This document shows, in pieces, positions 63,294-64,000 of a stretch of DNA of 64,000 bases. The first letter of the stretch is position 1. Every line of letters starts with the position of its first letter. The stretch comes from Mobula hypostoma (Eukaryota): positions 17,298,001-17,362,000 of the forward strand of contig NC_086097.1 of assembly GCF_963921235.1 (NCBI RefSeq), written 5' to 3'. Position numbers and translations under genes: made by a program. Under the pieces are notes generated by a model. That model had not been told where the DNA came from. It made no database searches and saw only the letters and a list, made by a program, of their open reading frames with translations.

Positions 63294-63937
63294 GCACAGC
63301 GGCCGCTCCGAAATGATATCGGTATTTGTAAGTAGGTACTGTGCACAATCCTGATTTGATGGAGACAGACGTGAGAAGCACAGAGGAACATCTGGAGAAA
63401 CTTCTGAAATGCCCGCTTCGCTGCCATTGTTACTGTGCAATCGAAAATCACCAGAGGGGAAGGCCCCAAATCCTCGGCTTTGCCTATTGCCTGTTACCGG
63501 GGCCGGGGTCGAAGCGCTTGGCAGAGACGGTGCTCGGTGCTCAGTGTCGGAGGGTTGGTCGGAGGCTCAAAGTTTTTGGACAGACTCAAGAGTCAGCTGT
63601 GGTTGGGTGCTTCCAGGATGCTGCATTGGCAGGTTTGCGGCGCTGGAAGCCCATGGCAGGGAGAGTTTCTCTTCCTTCTACCGTCTGCGTGAGATGATGG
63701 GACTTCCGAGAGAATTTGAGACTTTTTTTTACAGTGCCCATGGTCTGTTCTTTATCACATTACGGTATTGCACTGTTGTAACTATATGTTATAATTTTGT
63801 GGTTTTTGTCAGTTTTTTTAGTCTTGGTTTGTCTTGTCTTTCTGTGATATTCTGGAGGAACATTGTATTATTTATTAATGCATATATTTCTAAATGACAA
63901 TAAAAGAGGACTGCGTGTCCTCATAATCTAATCTAAT
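63294..63937 (+). mobile_element. young non-coding retroposon, same family as 44617-45198
   Basis: Shared AGCACAGAGGAACATCTGGAGAAA and CTAAATGACAATAAAAGAGGACT...CATAATCTAAT; inserted in a minus-strand Rex1-type tail. Confidence 0.75.
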
Positions 63938-64000
63938 TAGGGGACCATTCATTAGTCGTATCACACTGGGATAGAAGCTGTCCTTGGAGTCTGGTGGTAC

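Overview
Repeat-dominated eukaryotic intronic or intergenic DNA. I recognise no host protein-coding exon, rRNA, true tRNA or CRISPR array. The repeat repertoire suggests a cartilaginous fish, probably a ray; this is an inference from repeat families, not a database result. The repertoire includes many CR1 LINE subfamilies, Rex1/Babar, L2, Penelope-like elements (PLE), tRNA-derived V-SINE-like and RTE-tailed SINEs, Tc1 and Tigger DNA transposon relics, hAT MITEs and solo LTRs. The only long ORFs belong to two young, near-identical, 5'-truncated CR1 copies in opposite orientation (26.2-28.9 kb minus, 34.3-36.8 kb plus). Each sits inside a PLE. The most interesting signal is in the PLE 3' ends. 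They carry a minimal hammerhead-ribozyme motif (stem I-CTGAYGA-stem II-GAAAC-GTC-stem I', with helix III reduced to a palindromic ACGT). At least four short fold-back PLE-derived inserts invert at or beside this motif, including a 95-bp-arm near-perfect hairpin with a 14-bp target-site duplication (TSD) at 50.6-50.8 kb. Several multi-level nested insertions and a few repeat-free, motif-dense candidate enhancers are also present. All coordinates and family calls were read by eye; boundaries of old elements are approximate.
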